A DNA stretch of 64,000 nt from Eledone cirrhosa (GCA_964016885.1 OZ024741.1:235848001-235912000), one strand, 5' to 3'. Shown: positions 1 to 13,611, numbered from the stretch's first letter. Notes: a model not told the origin generated them from the sequence alone. Program-made: numbers and translations.

Positions 1-25
1 GCATTCTAATAAATATGTGTATATA

Positions 26-43
26 TTTTTGGGACACCCTGTA
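26..43 (-). mobile_element. Right terminus of a Tc1/mariner-type element running off the window start
   Basis: TTTTTGGGACACCCTG followed by TA; the reverse complement CAGGGTGTCCCAAAAA resembles the TIR starts at 8837 and 14010. Confidence 0.5.
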
Positions 44-794
44 CACATATATATATGTGTCGGCATGTTGCATCGGAGCACTCACTTTCTCAGACTTTAG
101 CTAGTATTTTTGTGTGGATTTGTGATCTTACTGTAGCGGATTTTTTTTTACTTGACTCTCAGTGTGTTTGTTATATAGGAATTTTTTTCGTATAATCCAG
201 AATTCAGTTGGTTGTGTTTAGTTTTTGTTTACGTTAGATGGTTTTAAATATTTGGCACAACTGGCAAACACTAGCCAATAAATAATATTGATGTTCATTA
301 TACAAGGAGGTGTAGTATCATTGATGGATGATAATAACTATTAATAGAATTTGATAATGTTTAAAAATATATATGCCCAAGATTTGAACCTGGATCAACA
401 GATGTATTTCTGTACAGGAGTACGTTGTGATGGACTAATCCAAAAATAAACTCTTCTGTTGATCACTATAAAAGACCTTGTGACCCAGTAGAAAACATTT
501 GTTGACAATAATAAATTGTATTGCAGTAATTGATGATACAACAAGGACGCTGAGAATAGGATAGGAGGAATTGATTTCTTATTTGATTCCAATTTGACTA
601 AAGCGTCGTTGAGGTGTTTGTTAGTGCAAGGAGAAAAAAGTTGACTGGCAGTGATGAATCCAAGGAAATAAGTAATCACTTCAACGTGAAAACAGGAGTT
701 GGGAATATTAAAAGTGTTTCAGTAGTGGTATATATTAGAGTGTTGGCAGAAATGAAATTTGAGAATATAAAAGATGGTAATGGTGTTCCTACAA

Positions 795-1380
795 CAAAAA
801 GCATCCAATCCACACTGTAAGGTGGTAGTAGAGGTGCCATGGCAAAAGCACCCAATCTGCAATGTCAGGTGGTAGTGGTGGTGTCGCAACTAAAAGCACC
901 CGTTCCCAACTGCAAGGTGCCAGTACTGGACAAAAAGCACCCAATCCACTCTGTAAAGTGGTAGTGGTGGTTTCATGATAAAAGCATCCAATCTATCCTT
1001 TCACCCTTTAGTATTTAAACCGGCCGTATCTGGCCAGAATTCTCTCACTTCTTTGTTCAAACTGGCTTTAACCAGCCACTTATACAGATGTTAAGGTATA
1101 GTTCTCAAAATAAATAATATGAAAATCTCATAGATTCGATATTATGTGAGATAAAGCCTTTACTGTGAAAATACAATAACATATATCGAATAATGTAAAT
1201 GCTAAAGGGTTAAGAAGGTAGTACTGGTGTCATGATAAAATTCTCCAAGTACAATCTATAAAGTAGTTAATATTAGGAAGAGCATCCAGCTGTAATAATC
1301 AAGCACAAAACAGTATATGAGCAAAGCAGTCACTTGACCAGTGTGTCACAGCCCATCTAACCCATGCAAGCAGAATGAAG
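795..1380 (+). mobile_element. RTE LINE 3' UTR/tail with about 6 degenerate ~41-bp tandem units, interrupted by a TTAA MITE
   Basis: Repeated AAAAGCACCCAATCCACACTGTAAGGTGGTAGT units, then AGGAAGAGCATCCAGCTGTA and AACCCATGCAAGC, as in the RTE tails at 27250-27617 and 62309-62580. Confidence 0.75.
1004..1209. mobile_element. piggyBac-type non-autonomous MITE
   Basis: TIRs CCCTTTAGTATTTA and TAAATGCTAAAGGG; flanks TTCA (1000-1003) and TTAA (1210-1213). Confidence 0.75.
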
Positions 1381-2499
1381 AATAGATCTGTAACTAAAGA
1401 GAAACTTTAACAAATAAGTATCAAATGACATTATCAATGGTGTTCTTAGTAAATGTTTCATCAACAATAAAGGGTTCTCCTTTCTAGCAGAATGTGGAAT
1501 GAATCTCTAAGGAAAGAGTTTGACAAATAAACATTTAGGAATCTAAATTGTATAGAAAAACTGTTAGAAGACGGATGAAAAGGTGGTGATTTAACCTATC
1601 TTTGCAAACCATTCTAATATCAGATTTCAGCTGCATTGTCAGAAAACAATGCATTTGGAACTCCATTTCTTAGAAAAATGGTTATCAAAACATTGATTAT
1701 TGTTTTAGCAGATCTATCAATGACTCTCACCACTTCTGGTTACCCAAAAAAGGGCATCATCTAAGATGAATAGTAAACAAACATCTTTACGTAAGCATGA
1801 TCAATATGTACATGTGACCAAGGTCACACATGGGATTGACAAAAAATCAGACACTGACCCAGGCAGAAGTATTTTCTAACTCTAGAGTGGAAGCTTAGTC
1901 TTTGGGAAGCAGTTTTTAGTAAAGACCAATCAAATTTTTGGTAATTCCATCTACCTTATCATGTTATTTAGCTCCAAGTTAGTCCTAAATCAGCAGACCT
2001 ATGATCAGCTTTAACCATAATTCCGTCTTTTTTAAACTATGACATGCTGATGATGCATATTGATGCAGAAACATGTGTCTATGTCTTTGATGAAACAAGA
2101 ACCAAATGTTAATTCACTGAGAAACTTACTGAGAAACTTACCATTCAGTGATAGGATTTTGTTTGTCTTTTCTGTTTGCAAAAAATATTTTATAAATTGA
2201 TAATATAATGTGTGGGGTATTCAGTATGCGCTCATCATTATCATTTTATATCCACTGCTCGTTACAGTTTAAATAACATCTTATTGGGAATTAATGTCCT
2301 CCTAAGCAATTCACCCATGTGTTCCATTTTTGACATGGTTTCTACAGTTGGATGCACTTCATAACACCTTATTATACTATACAGTACATAGCTTATTTAT
2401 CATAGCACCAACTCTAGAGAGGTTGTTATATCCTTTGTATGACTAAACGGTCCTTACCACTCCATACTGTCACCACTTGTTTGCCAAACAACGCTGAAA

Positions 2500-2765
2500 A
2501 GAAAGTATCAGGGAAATGCCATTATAAGAAACTGCTGAATGAGGAGAATGCATGGATGGAGAGTAATCTATCCGATGTTGACCTAACAGAGGTACTAACT
2601 GTACAAGTCAGCAGCAGCATAGTAAGTAAGGCAATTAAGAATATGAAGACGGGCAAATCAGCTGAACCATCGGGGGTAGTTACTGAGTTCTTTCAAAATG
2701 TGACAACAGCCCTTGTAAGCATGGAAAAATGGACATTAAACGATGACAATGATGGCAATGATTCA
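2500..2765 (+). mobile_element. Internally deleted RTE LINE fragment (pre-RT region joined to the 3' tail)
   Basis: Translates as HYKKLLNEENAW...SKAIKNMKTGKSAEPSG, followed by the AGCATGGAAAAATGGACATTAAACGATGA tail. Confidence 0.8.
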
Positions 2766-2789
2766 GGTCTTTAAGAAATCATGGGAGTA

Positions 2790-3090
2790 TTGCGAAGAGA
2801 TGTATGCTTGTTTTATAGATCTCAAAATGGCATATTATGACCATTATTCCATCGGACCTGTTGTGGAAGGTTCTGCAAGTGTATGAGATAAATGGATGTC
2901 TCTATACATTTGCCTGAAACCGAGGGGTAGACCCCAAGCAAGATGGTTGGATAACATCCATGAGCGTGGCTGGTTTCACTTGGGGATCCAGCCAGATCAA
3001 TTGGAGATGGTTGCTTCTGACAAAACCCACTAGAAAGTGTGCTTGAGGACTCTATCTACATGACTCTCCCAGGAATGAGTAGGAAAAAGA
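2790..3090 (+). mobile_element. 3' end of a second RTE family (Rex3/Expander-like, family B)
   Basis: PRGRPQARWLDNIH..GWFHLGIQPDQLEMVASD; same family as 40000-40320. Confidence 0.75.
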
Positions 3091-3091
3091 A

Positions 3092-4030
3092 TATCATCAT
3101 CATCGTTTAACATCCATCTTCCACACTAGCATGGGTTAGATGGGATTATCCCACGTGAGCAAAGATTGGTCGGATGACTGTGTCTCGCTCATATAGAACT
3201 GTATCTGGCCGGTTTTCTACGGCTAGATGCTCATCTTAACACCAACCACATTTACAGTGTGGACTGGGAGCCCTTTTACCATGTCTCCTACATGACCACT
3301 TTACAGTGTGGACTGGGTGCTTTTTGTAGTGACACCTACATGACCACTTTACAGTGTGGACTGTATGCTCTGTGGTACGAACATAACTTTACAGAGAAAA
3401 CGTGGGGTGGAGTAGGGGGTGGGGTATATATTTGGTTAAGAGGTGCCTACTGACCGTAGGTTTAACTCCATACATAAGGGAATGCGGGTCTTCTGTTTAA
3501 CTGTGTAGCGCCAAAGGTCTCGATCCAGTGACATTGTCTTAGAGAGGTGTAAGTGTACAAGGTCAGTTTTTATCATGTCATCCCAGGTTTTTCTGGGTCT
3601 ACCTACTCCATAGCTTCCAGTTTTGATCGCCCTGCACTTTTTTATACAACTGTCGTCTTTCATATGCATCACATGACCATACCAATGTAATCTCCTCTCA
3701 AGTAAACTGCATCTGATCCCTCTTATTCCTAATTTCTCACTTAGTTCATTATGTTTTTCCGTTTGTGTATATTGGTATTACACATCCAACGGAGCATGCA
3801 TGCTTCGTTACTTTCCAATCTGTTCAGATCCTCTGGACACAATGTCCAGGTCTCACTGCAATGTAACATTGCTGTTAGTATACAAGCATCATGCAATCTA
3901 CATTTCATTTTTAGAAAGAAACCTTTTTGTGGCCAACAGCAGTATTAGCTCTCTGAACTTTTTCCATTCTGTTCTAACTCTGACTACTGTACTTTCAGAG
4001 CACCCTCCTCCACTGCTGATTTTGTCACCA
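3092..4030 (-). mobile_element. 5'-truncated RTE LINE (family A)
   Basis: Minus-strand GRPRKTWDD C-terminal motif and (TGA)n tail; closely related to the copy at 7174-8511. Confidence 0.9.
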
Positions 4031-4340
4031 TATCATCCCCATCATCATCGTTTAATATCCATTTTCCATGCTTGCATGAGTTCGACAGGTTGTTATGTTA
4101 TGAGGCAAATTAGGTTAGGTGACCATGTCTTGTTCAAATGGATCTATATTTTGGCTTGGTTTCTATAGCTGGATGCCTTTCCTAACATCAACCATGTTAC
4201 AATATGGATGTGTGCATTTTACCATGGCACCAAAACAGCTACCTAACAGAGTGGACTAAGTGCTTTTTTTTTGTGTGTGTGTCAGCAGCATTACTACTTT
4301 ACAGGGTGTACTGAGTAATTTTTTGTGTCACAAGCACGAT
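4031..4340 (-). mobile_element. RTE 3' tail-only copy
   Basis: CATCATCATCGTTTAATATCCATTTTCCATGCTTGCATG...GCTGGATGCCTTTCCTAAC plus tandem units. Confidence 0.75.
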
Positions 4341-4373
4341 ATATATATATATATATATACATAGATATATATG

Positions 4374-5305
4374 GGGGGAACTCCTGTACACAGATGATCT
4401 TACACTCATAGCTGAGTCTATGGCAGCATTGGAGAAAAAATTCCAAACCTGGAAGCACTGCCTAGAAACAAAAGGTCTTAAAGTAAACTTGACAAAGACT
4501 AAGTAGAAGGGAAAGCAGAGCCCTGATCTCCTCGGTGAAATGGTCTTGCTCGGTGCATAGGAAAGGTTTAAATTCCATCCTCTGTCCCAAATGCAAACTA
4601 TGGGTACACAAAAGATGTAGTGGGATCTCAGGTAGTCAAGCTAAGAATGTAGGTTTTACATGTAACCATTGCACTAGAGCAGTAAGCAACAACCAGCTAC
4701 AGGGAACAAGCACTATCACTTTCTGGAAAGGTTCAGTAGAAGCAGTAGACAGCTTCTGAAGTCTGGGTGACCAAATTAGCAGTGGAGGTGGGTGTTCCGA
4801 AAGTACAGTAGCCAGAGTGAGAACAGGATGGAAGAAATTCCTGGGAGCTACAAGATTGGTATGGACATGTGAGGCATATGAAGGATGCCAGCTGTATAAA
4901 AAGGTGTAGAGTACTAAAAGTTGATGGAAGCCATGGAGTGGGGAGACCCAGGAAGACTTGGGATGAGAAGATAAAAGCTGACTTTGTTCAACTGCACCTC
5001 TCAAAGATGATGACACAGGACTGAGATCTCTGGCTTTATGCAGTAATACAGGTCTGTCTTCCCATGGGCACAGGCTGAAGCTGAAACATACATATAGTAT
5101 GCACCAGTCTCCTCCACTCCACTCTTCCATACATTTCCCATGAGGACAGGCTGAAGCATACATTTAGTGAAGCCTCCACTGTAAAGCAGTTGTGATGAGT
5201 TTTGTATGAGCAAGATATGGTCACCTGACCTGGCATTTCTCACAACAGGACAACTTGTCTAAACCATGGTAGCGTGGTAAAATGAACGTTAAATGGTGAT
5301 GATGA
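4374..5305 (+). mobile_element. 5'-truncated, internally deleted RTE LINE (family A)
   Basis: ELLYTDDLTLIAES (YADD motif), Cys-rich CSV..NSILCPKCKLWVHKRCSGI segment and (TGA)n tail. Confidence 0.9.
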
Positions 5306-5519
5306 TATATTTATGTAAAATATATATGTACAGCTCTGTATACAAAATGAATTTTTTTCTTTTTCAGATAAACACATTCGATCACCTCCTTTTAAAACAA
5401 GATTATCTTACACAAAATGCCAACATCAACATTGTTCCTATAGAGGGCAACTTGACTGGACCTTGTTCTCTAAAAAGTGTTTTTTGTTTCCGCCTTGCCC
5501 ATCTCCTCAATCTTTCTAT

Positions 5520-5600
5520 TTCTCATTCTATTTTCTGATGAAGGATTAGTGTCCAAAACATTAAGACTCTTTTCCTACTATATTAAGTGTAAAACTAATA
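5520..5600 (+). other. Decayed Penelope-type hammerhead motif
   Basis: CTGATGA-A-GGA(TTAGTG)TCC-AAAAC-ATTAA; two G>A changes from GAAACGTTAA fit CpG decay. Confidence 0.45.
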
Positions 5601-6133
5601 ATATATTTCTTCATTGTACTGTGCCACTTGCTTTTTTATCCGTTTGTCTTTTGCATACATCATCATCATCATCATTTCATTTTACGTCCGCTTTTTCCCT
5701 GCTGTTGTAATTCTTAAATTGTTTTATTGCTATCCACCTGTTTGTTTTATATGAGTATCATGTTCCTATGAATGAATCACTATGATATACTCTGAACTGA
5801 ATTATCCACCAACGTGGCATAGCTTCCGTTGTGCATTTATAATATAGGAAGCAAGATTGGCTTTTGGGCCACTATATATCTATATATTTATCTCTCTCTC
5901 TCTATCTATATATATAGAGAGTGGGAGGGTACTATACCTATCTCTATACACACTCTTCATCTCCCCATGCATTGAGTTCTCCCATGATTTGTGATATTTT
6001 TCCTTTCAGTCTCTCTCTCTCTATATATATTTATATTTATACAGATGTATATATATACGAGTTCTGGGTTCAATCAGGCGTAACCACAGTAAGGTATTCA
6101 ATACATTAGTAAAGTGTAAATTTCATATTTAAT

Positions 6134-6200
6134 TAGACTGTTACATTCAAAAGAAATCATCAGGCTTTCCTGACGATTTCTTTTGAATGAAAACATTCTA
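6134..6200. repeat. Fold-back palindrome (~30-bp arms) with CTGAYGA...GAAA-like cores
   Basis: CATTCAAAAGAAATCATCAGG-cttt-CCTGACGATTTCTTTTGAATG. Confidence 0.75.
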
Positions 6201-6230
6201 GTCCTGTAGAAGCCATTTCTATATTAAACA

Positions 6231-7067
6231 TCTATCTATATAAAACTGAGGATGTCTGTCTGTGTGTGAGTTTGAATCCCTAAAACTCGAGAACCACCCA
6301 ACCGACTGTTTTCAAACTTTACACATGTAATGCTTATTTTTCAGGGAGTGTTCTGAGCAAAGAAAATTTCAAATTTTCAATGCCCTAGGGACCGCATCAG
6401 GCGACTTAGCGATCTCTCTCTATAATTCTTAGTCTTTTTCTTTTTAAATAGATACATACATATAACGTCGCGCCCTTATAATATCTGTCTGTATGTCTGC
6501 ATTACGTCACTTCCCTGACGATGTCTGTAAGTTTGAATCCCTAAAACTCGAGAAGTACCCAACCGATTTTTTCAAACTTTACATGTCTATTACTTACGTT
6601 TCAGGGAGTGTTATGCACATAAATCTTTTTGATCTCCTGCGTTTTTTAAAGCTTTTTAGGGTTTTTTTGAGTCGTTACGTCAGACCGATTTCCTTGAATT
6701 TGTAACTATGTATTAGTCAGTCTCTTCATACCGTGAGCAAAGAAAATCCAACTTTTTTATGGCCTAGGTGAAAAACTTCATTTTTTCAGCTTTTAGGGCT
6801 TTTTTGAGGCGTTACATCTAGCCGATTTTCCCGAAATTTCAAGGCATATTTTGCACATAATCTTGATCCCCCTAGGGCTCGCATTAGGTGAAAACCTGCA
6901 TTTTTCCTGCTTCATCGAGGAAAATCTTAAAGATTATCCAGCCATCAGAGTATTCGGTTTATTTTCTTTACATATTGTCCAGGCATGCAGTTTTTCCACG
7001 ATTAGGTCTGTTGGCGGCCTGCATTCCAAAATACTTTATCCCGTGCAACGCCGGGTACCACTGCTGG
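6231..7067 (+). mobile_element. Non-autonomous Helitron
   Basis: 5' TC after an A; 3' subterminal hairpin CCCGTGCAACGCCGGG, then CTGG (CTRR) before a T; no TSD; internal duplication 6250-6350 / 6520-6612. Confidence 0.8.
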
Positions 7068-7173
7068 TGATATATATATATAGTGTATTGGTGTGTAATG
7101 TTCAGTTACTGATGGTTCAATACTAATATGTGAATCCAGCAACCGATGTAGGATTATATGTTATATACATATT

Positions 7174-8511
7174 ATCATCATCATCATCGTTTAACGTCCA
7201 TCTTCCACGCTAGCATGGGTTTGGACGGGAATTTTCCCACTTGAGGCAAGATTGGTTGTCTTGCTCAGATACGACTGTCTGGCGGGTTTTCTATGGCTGG
7301 ATGCCCTTACTAACACCAACCACATTTACAGTGTGGACTGGGAGGTTTTTACCGTGTTACCTACACGGCCACATTACAGCGTGGACTGTTTTTTTTTGTC
7401 ATGACACCTACACGACCTCATTTGTTTCGGACTGAATGTTGTGGTACCAACATAACTTTACATTGGAAGGGGTGGGGGTAGTGGGGCCGGGGTGTATTTT
7501 TGTTAGAGGTGCCTACTGACTGTAGGTTTCGCTTTGTACTTAGGCAAGGCGGGTCTTCTGTATTACTGTGTAGCGCCAAAGATCTCGGTCCAGTGACATT
7601 GTCTTGGAGAGGTGTAAGTGTGTGAGGTCGGAATTTATCAAGTCGTCCCAGGTTTTTCTGAGTCTGCCTACTCCGTGGCTACCGTCTATTTTTATCGCCC
7701 TGCACTTTTTTATACAGCTGTCGTCTTTCATGCGCATCACGTGACCGTACCAACGTAGTCTTCTCTCGAGTAAACATCTGATCCCTCTTATTCCTAATTT
7801 TTCCCTTAGTTCGTTTATGCTTTGCCGTTCACGTATATTACTATTACACATCCAGCGGAGCATGCAAGCTTCGTTCCTCTCCAGTCTGCGTATATCCTCT
7901 GCACACAATGCCCAGGTCTCACTGCCATGCAACATTGCTGTTTGTATGCAGGCATCATACAGCCTGCCTTTCATTTTTAGAGAGAACCCTTTAGCGGCCA
8001 ATAGTGGTATAAGCTCTCTGAACGTTTTCCATCCCGTTCTGACTCTAGCTACTGTACTTTCAGAGCACCCTCCACCACTGCTGATTTTGTCACCCAGGTA
8101 ACGGAAGGTCTCCACTATTTCTATAGAACCATCTGTGCAATGGAATGAGCTAGTATTCTGTGGGCACTTGCTGCTACTTATTGCACCAGAGCACCGGCCA
8201 CATATAAAATCTATATTCTTAGTTAGCTTACCTGTGATCCCACTACATCTTTTATGTACCCATACTTTGCATTTGGGACATAAAATGGAGTTTCTGCCTA
8301 CTCCTTTCCTACACACTGAGCATGGCGCCCTATTTTCCTTCCTACAAACTAGAACTTTAGTCTTAGACAGGTTAATTTTAAGGCCTTTTGATTCTAGGCC
8401 ATGCTTCCATATTTGGAATTTCTTCTCTAGTTCGGCCATTGATTCAGCTACGAGCGTTAGATCATCTGCGTATAGGAGTTCCCATGGGCAGCCGGTCTTG
8501 AACTCCTCTGC
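7174..8511 (-). mobile_element. 5'-truncated RTE LINE (family A), young copy
   Basis: WELLYADDL at about 8460-8488, 299-aa ORF 7540-8439, 3' UTR tandem units and (TGA)n tail. Confidence 0.95.
7540..8439 (-). pseudogene. RTE reverse transcriptase C-terminal part with a PHD-like Cys/His insertion
   Basis: GLKINLSKTK, CSVC..CPKCKVWVHKRC..CGRC, FRYLG, LHGSETW, RLRWYGHVMR. Confidence 0.9.
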
Positions 8512-8836
8512 ATATATATAAAGTAAAGTAAAGACCCCTATCGGTCATGAATGATCACAAGATTTGCATGTCGGGTGACCATGTCTTGCTGATACGGGAA
8601 CTGATTTTGGCTACATCTCTACAACTGGATGCCCTTCCTAACACCAACCTCATTTACAGTGAGTACTGGGTGCTTTTTTACTGTGGCGCCTATACGACCA
8701 CATATATATATATATACATATATAAATATATAAATATATAGAACTCAATGTAATTTGATGGCGAGTAATCCAGTGAATTCCATAGAAAAGTTCTGTGTTC
8801 CGCTGAGTTAATTCCTTAGATACAGAGTCAGATATA

Positions 8837-9705
8837 CAGGGTGTGGACGATATTTGTTCGCAATTTTCAACTGCTAATTTTATGCAATTTTTTTTTTACT
8901 TCCGTTGTCACTCTTGTCTTCATAAAAACAGTGACTATATTTCCATTATCTAATTTCAGAATAATTGATTATGAATAATTTTGAATCTCCAAATTTGTGG
9001 AAGAGACACGGAGTTCTTCTTGGAATCTGTGCCGGGAGGACAAATAAGGAAATTTCAGACTTTCTCAGCTTCAGCAGGAGAATGGTGTCTCATCCAAAGA
9101 CGTGCCCAGAGTCATGCAGACAAAGTTTCCAGCGACAACATTGGTCTTAAGTGTCGTCAGCAGTGAAGGTGACGTCATGCCACCTCACTTCTTCCCTAAG
9201 GGCCTCAAGCTGAACACCGATGGCTACATCTGCGTTCTGAGCGAGGTAGTAAAGCCCTGGATCGACCAGGTAGCTCGTACGTGTGGCAGCAAGACTCAGC
9301 GCCCTGCGATACCAGCCGAAAGACCCAAGCCTGGCTGTCAGAGAACTTTGTCGACCACACTTCACCTGACATCTGGCCTCTCAGCTCGCTTGACTGCAAC
9401 TCCCTCGACTTCTTTGTGTGGGGCGCAGTGGAACGAGACACCAACAGATCTAGCTCCAATACAAAAGACGATCTGAAGGCCAGGATCACAAGTGCCTTTA
9501 GGGGCCTAAGTCGGGGGACAGTGACGAATGCCTGTAGCCGCTTCCGAGGCCGCCATCAAAGCCAATGGCGGGTTTATCGAGTGAGATCGAAAGAACAAGT
9601 CATGAAGACAAACTGACCCAAGTTTAATAAATATATCTTAAAAAATAAAACTACTGTGTTATTTTTTCCTAGACAGTAATCTTGCAAACAAATATCGTCC
9701 GCACC

Positions 9706-9708
<3 letters not shown>
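8837..9708 (+). mobile_element. Internally deleted Tc1/mariner transposon, DD37D (maT) type
   Basis: 27-bp TIRs CAGGGTGYGGACGATATTTGTTYGCAA with 2 mismatches and TA flanks; transposase remnant QQD-(37 aa)-DFFVW in frameshifted ORFs 9102-9476 and 9281-9616. Confidence 0.92.
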
Positions 9709-9747
<39 letters not shown>

Positions 9748-10107
9748 GCATTTAACATCATTAACATCATTATTCAAAGAGAGAGAATAAATACATATAC
9801 ATATAAGTTACTACAATAAAGTCAACAGAGTAAGATATTTTTTTTTTTTTATTTCACAGTCACATTGTTTTATGTTGAAGTAAATTCACAAAGAACGGTT
9901 GGATTTATTGAAATATTAAACAGCCTTCTTTTATTATTATTACTATTATGAAATAACAATATTTATTAGTAATAATAATAATAATAATAATCATAATTCG
10001 ATTCATCAAATACCCAAAGAGGATTACATCTTCCACCCTCTTAAGCAAGGGGGTGATGGTGACAGTAATATGAAATCTTAAGCATGGGTTTGAAGTCTTA
10101 ATTACCA

Positions 10108-10192
10108 CACATACATATATATTTTTATGTAGAATACATGTTTACATATATATATATGTAAATATGTATATATATATATAAATATTCATAAG

Positions 10193-10231
<39 letters not shown>

Positions 10232-10806
10232 TCTATTTATATATACACACATTTATACTGACATTTCTACACTTCACACACATAAATTTGTATTTATACA
10301 CACACACATATATATATATACATACATATATATATATTTACATATATATATATATATTTACATATATATATATATATATATTTACATATATATATATATA
10401 TATATTTACATATATATATATATTTACATATATATATGTATATATATTTACATACATATATATATTTACATATATATATATATTTACATACATATATATA
10501 TTTACATATATATATATATTTATATACATACATATATTTATATACATACATATATATATATATTTACATACATATATATGTATACTTTTACATACATATA
10601 TATATATATATTTACATACATACATATGTATACTTTTACATACATATATATATATATATTTACATACATACATATATATATATTTACATACATACATATA
10701 TATATATTTACATACATACATATATTTACATACATACATATACATGCATACATACACACACACACACACACGCATGCATATACACACGTGTGTGTGTACA
10801 TATATT
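10108..10806. repeat. (TA)/(TACA)/(TTTACA) compound microsatellite
   Basis: Direct reading. Confidence 0.95.
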
Positions 10807-11399
10807 TAACAACATCAGCCAGATAGAAGATATAGAAGATTTTTGTACATTAATATATTTTTTGTTTGTTTCTACTATGTTCAACTGCTTTATAAAGGGT
10901 CTGTGTGTATACTGAAACGGACCTTCAATTTAAAGGGTCAATAGTTTTGTACACTCGACACTCTTATTATTGGTGCCTCACCATCACTGACTGACCTCCC
11001 CCTTGTCAGAAAAGAGAAGGTTCCCGCTAATCTCTTGAGGAAGTCCTGCCCCACCACTGGAGAAATACTTGTTTTCTTATCCACATTACTGAAAACTGGT
11101 TCTTTGGATTCACTGGTGTGTGTCAAATCAATATTACTCCCCTAGCACCACCAATGGAGTCTCCCTACATGTATTCTGGGGAGTGAAGAAACAGTTTTCT
11201 TTGTAGAAAATGAAGATTACATTGCAAGTGAGAGGTGTCAATTGTCTCTCCTAAACTCACTAGACATCTCTCACACAACTACACAGCCATACTCTATGTC
11301 CCTCTGGTAATATGAAACAGCCATCTACCAGTTTATTCAGTCTATAATGTCAAAAGCCAGGTGATTTAGAAAAAGTTATCTGATACAACATCAACTTGG

Positions 11400-11920
11400 T
11401 TTAATACTAACAACTAAACAGTACTGCTTGTGGCTACAACAGGATACTCAACTGCCTGGTCTACCTAGCAGTAAGTAGGTACCACATTGCGGTACAGTCC
11501 ACTGCACTGTACCATCTGCCAAGGCACTCAACAGTCTTGTCCACCTAGCTATAAGTAGGTAACACAGTGCAGTATAGTTCACTGAACTGTGTTCATGACC
11601 AAGACACTTAAGTGCCAAAAAGTCCAGTTCAACAAGCTGTAAGTAGGTACTACAATGTTGTATAGTTTATTGTACTGTGTCCACGATGAAGACATTTAAC
11701 TGTCAACTTAGGTGTAAGCAGATATGACAATATGACTTATACATTGTGATATTTGGGAATATGACAATGTGACTTATCACTGTGATAATTAGAGATATGA
11801 TGTATTACATTGTCATATTTGATGATATACCATATAACATAGTGATATGACAATGCGATATGTAGCAATATGACACATAACACTGTAATATGTGTTATGT
11901 GGTGTTATGACACGTCACAA
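11400..11920. repeat. Degenerate tandem repeats (~85-bp AGTAGGTAC..CACTG.ACTGT units, then short GACAATATGA units)
   Basis: TAAGTAGGTA recurs at about 11472, 11552 and 11640. Confidence 0.7.
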
Positions 11921-11964
11921 ATAGCAATAGGATATCCATGGGGTTCTAATCAGTTCTATTGTCA

Positions 11965-12265
11965 GCATCTGATGGGTGTTCCAGTTGTTTGAACAACGGA
12001 ATAACCTGCTTGTAAAATTAATGTGCAAGTGGCTGAGTATTCCACAGACATGTATGTGTACCTTTAACGTTATTCTGAGGAAGATTCAGCATGACACAGT
12101 GTATAACAAAGCTAACTCTTTGAATTACAGTTACAACTCATTTTTGCAAGTTGAGTGGACTGGAACAAGGTGAATTAAAGTGCCTTGTTCATGGAGACAA
12201 TGTGTTGCCAGGAATCGAACTCATGATCTTACGAACATGAGCAAAACACCCTAACCACTAAGCAA
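11965..12265 (-). mobile_element. tRNA-derived SINE (family 3)
   Basis: Minus strand reads GCTTAGTGGTTAGGG (A box)...GAGTTCGATTCC (B box)...CCAGTCCACTCA; related copies at 29700-29830 and 56855-56985. Confidence 0.75.
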
Positions 12266-12669
12266 TGATCACTCATGGTCAAAAATATAGTGGAGGAAGA
12301 TGACCAAACAACCAGAACTCCTCATAAATCAGTGTTGTGTGGTGGTGGTCACCCTGACAATACAGAGGGGAGGAACTTAAAATATCTAGATACTATTTAT
12401 ATATATATTTTGCAATGTGTCTCCTTAGATAATCTGGATACCTTATTCCCACTGATAGCTATGTGAACTTTCGTCATGTACATAGATTATAGTGTTCCGT
12501 CTAGAAACACTAAACACAACAGAGGGGATGAGAGGTAAATCTCCTCCTGGATAAGACACCAGTCTATCAAAAGTAATCTTTCTCAGGGGCAGCAAACAGT
12601 TGGGCTGTAGTCCATTCATGGTCCATTGAGGTGTTCTCTGTGGGCCATGGACATTTCAAAATTTATTTA

Positions 12670-13045
12670 TGTAAGATATGATATAATATACAAGAAGGCC
12701 ATGGGCAATATTTGTTATATATATGATATAATATACAAGATGGCCATGGAAAATATTTGTTATACAATAAATATACATGACGGCCATGGCCAATATTTGT
12801 TATATATATGTTATAACATACAAAACACCAATGGACAATATTTGTTACATATATAATATAATATACAAGATAACCATGGGCAATATTTGTTAAATATAAG
12901 ATATAATATACAAGATGACCATGGGCGATATTTGTTATATATATGTTATAACATACAAAACAGTGATGGGCAATATTTGCTATATATATAATATACAAGA
13001 TGACCATGGGCAATATTTGTTATATATATAAGATGGCCATGGGAA
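12670..13045. repeat. Minisatellite with a ~45-50 bp unit (ATATAATATACAAGATGRCCATGGGCAATATTTGTTAT)
   Basis: About 8 recognisable units. Confidence 0.9.
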
Positions 13046-13065
13046 AAACTAAAATGCATCAGAAA

Positions 13066-13105
13066 CACGCACACACACATGTATGTATATATATATATAT
13101 ATACA

Positions 13106-13148
<43 letters not shown>

Positions 13149-13561
13149 GCATATATATATATACATACATATATATATATGTACACATATATATATACAT
13201 ACGTATATATATATATATGTACACATACATATATGTACACATATATACATATATATGTACACATATATATATATATACAAATATAAACATATGTATATAT
13301 ACATATACATGTATATACACATATATATACATACATATATAAATATAAACATATGTATATATACATATGCATGTATATACACATATATATATATATACAC
13401 ATATATATATATATACATATATGTACATAAATGTAATTATACATATATGTATACATACATATATATATGTATGTATATATACATATATGTATATATAATG
13501 TATATATGTATATATAAATACATATATACACATACATATATATACACAAATATATACATAA

Positions 13562-13610
<49 letters not shown>
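13066..13610. repeat. (TA)/(TACA) microsatellite
   Basis: Direct reading. Confidence 0.95.

Positions 13611-13611
<1 letters not shown>

Noticed and set aside
60-780. Possible degenerate Penelope GIY-YIG region, including ORF 395-679
   Set aside because: The motif resemblance is faint and needs frameshifts; a profile search is required.
10938-11126. 62-aa ORF in non-repetitive-looking sequence
   Set aside because: No recognisable domain or convincing splice signals.
11400-13045. Regularly spaced repeats as a possible CRISPR array
   Set aside because: Units are degenerate along their whole length, there are no unique spacers or cas genes, and the context is eukaryotic.
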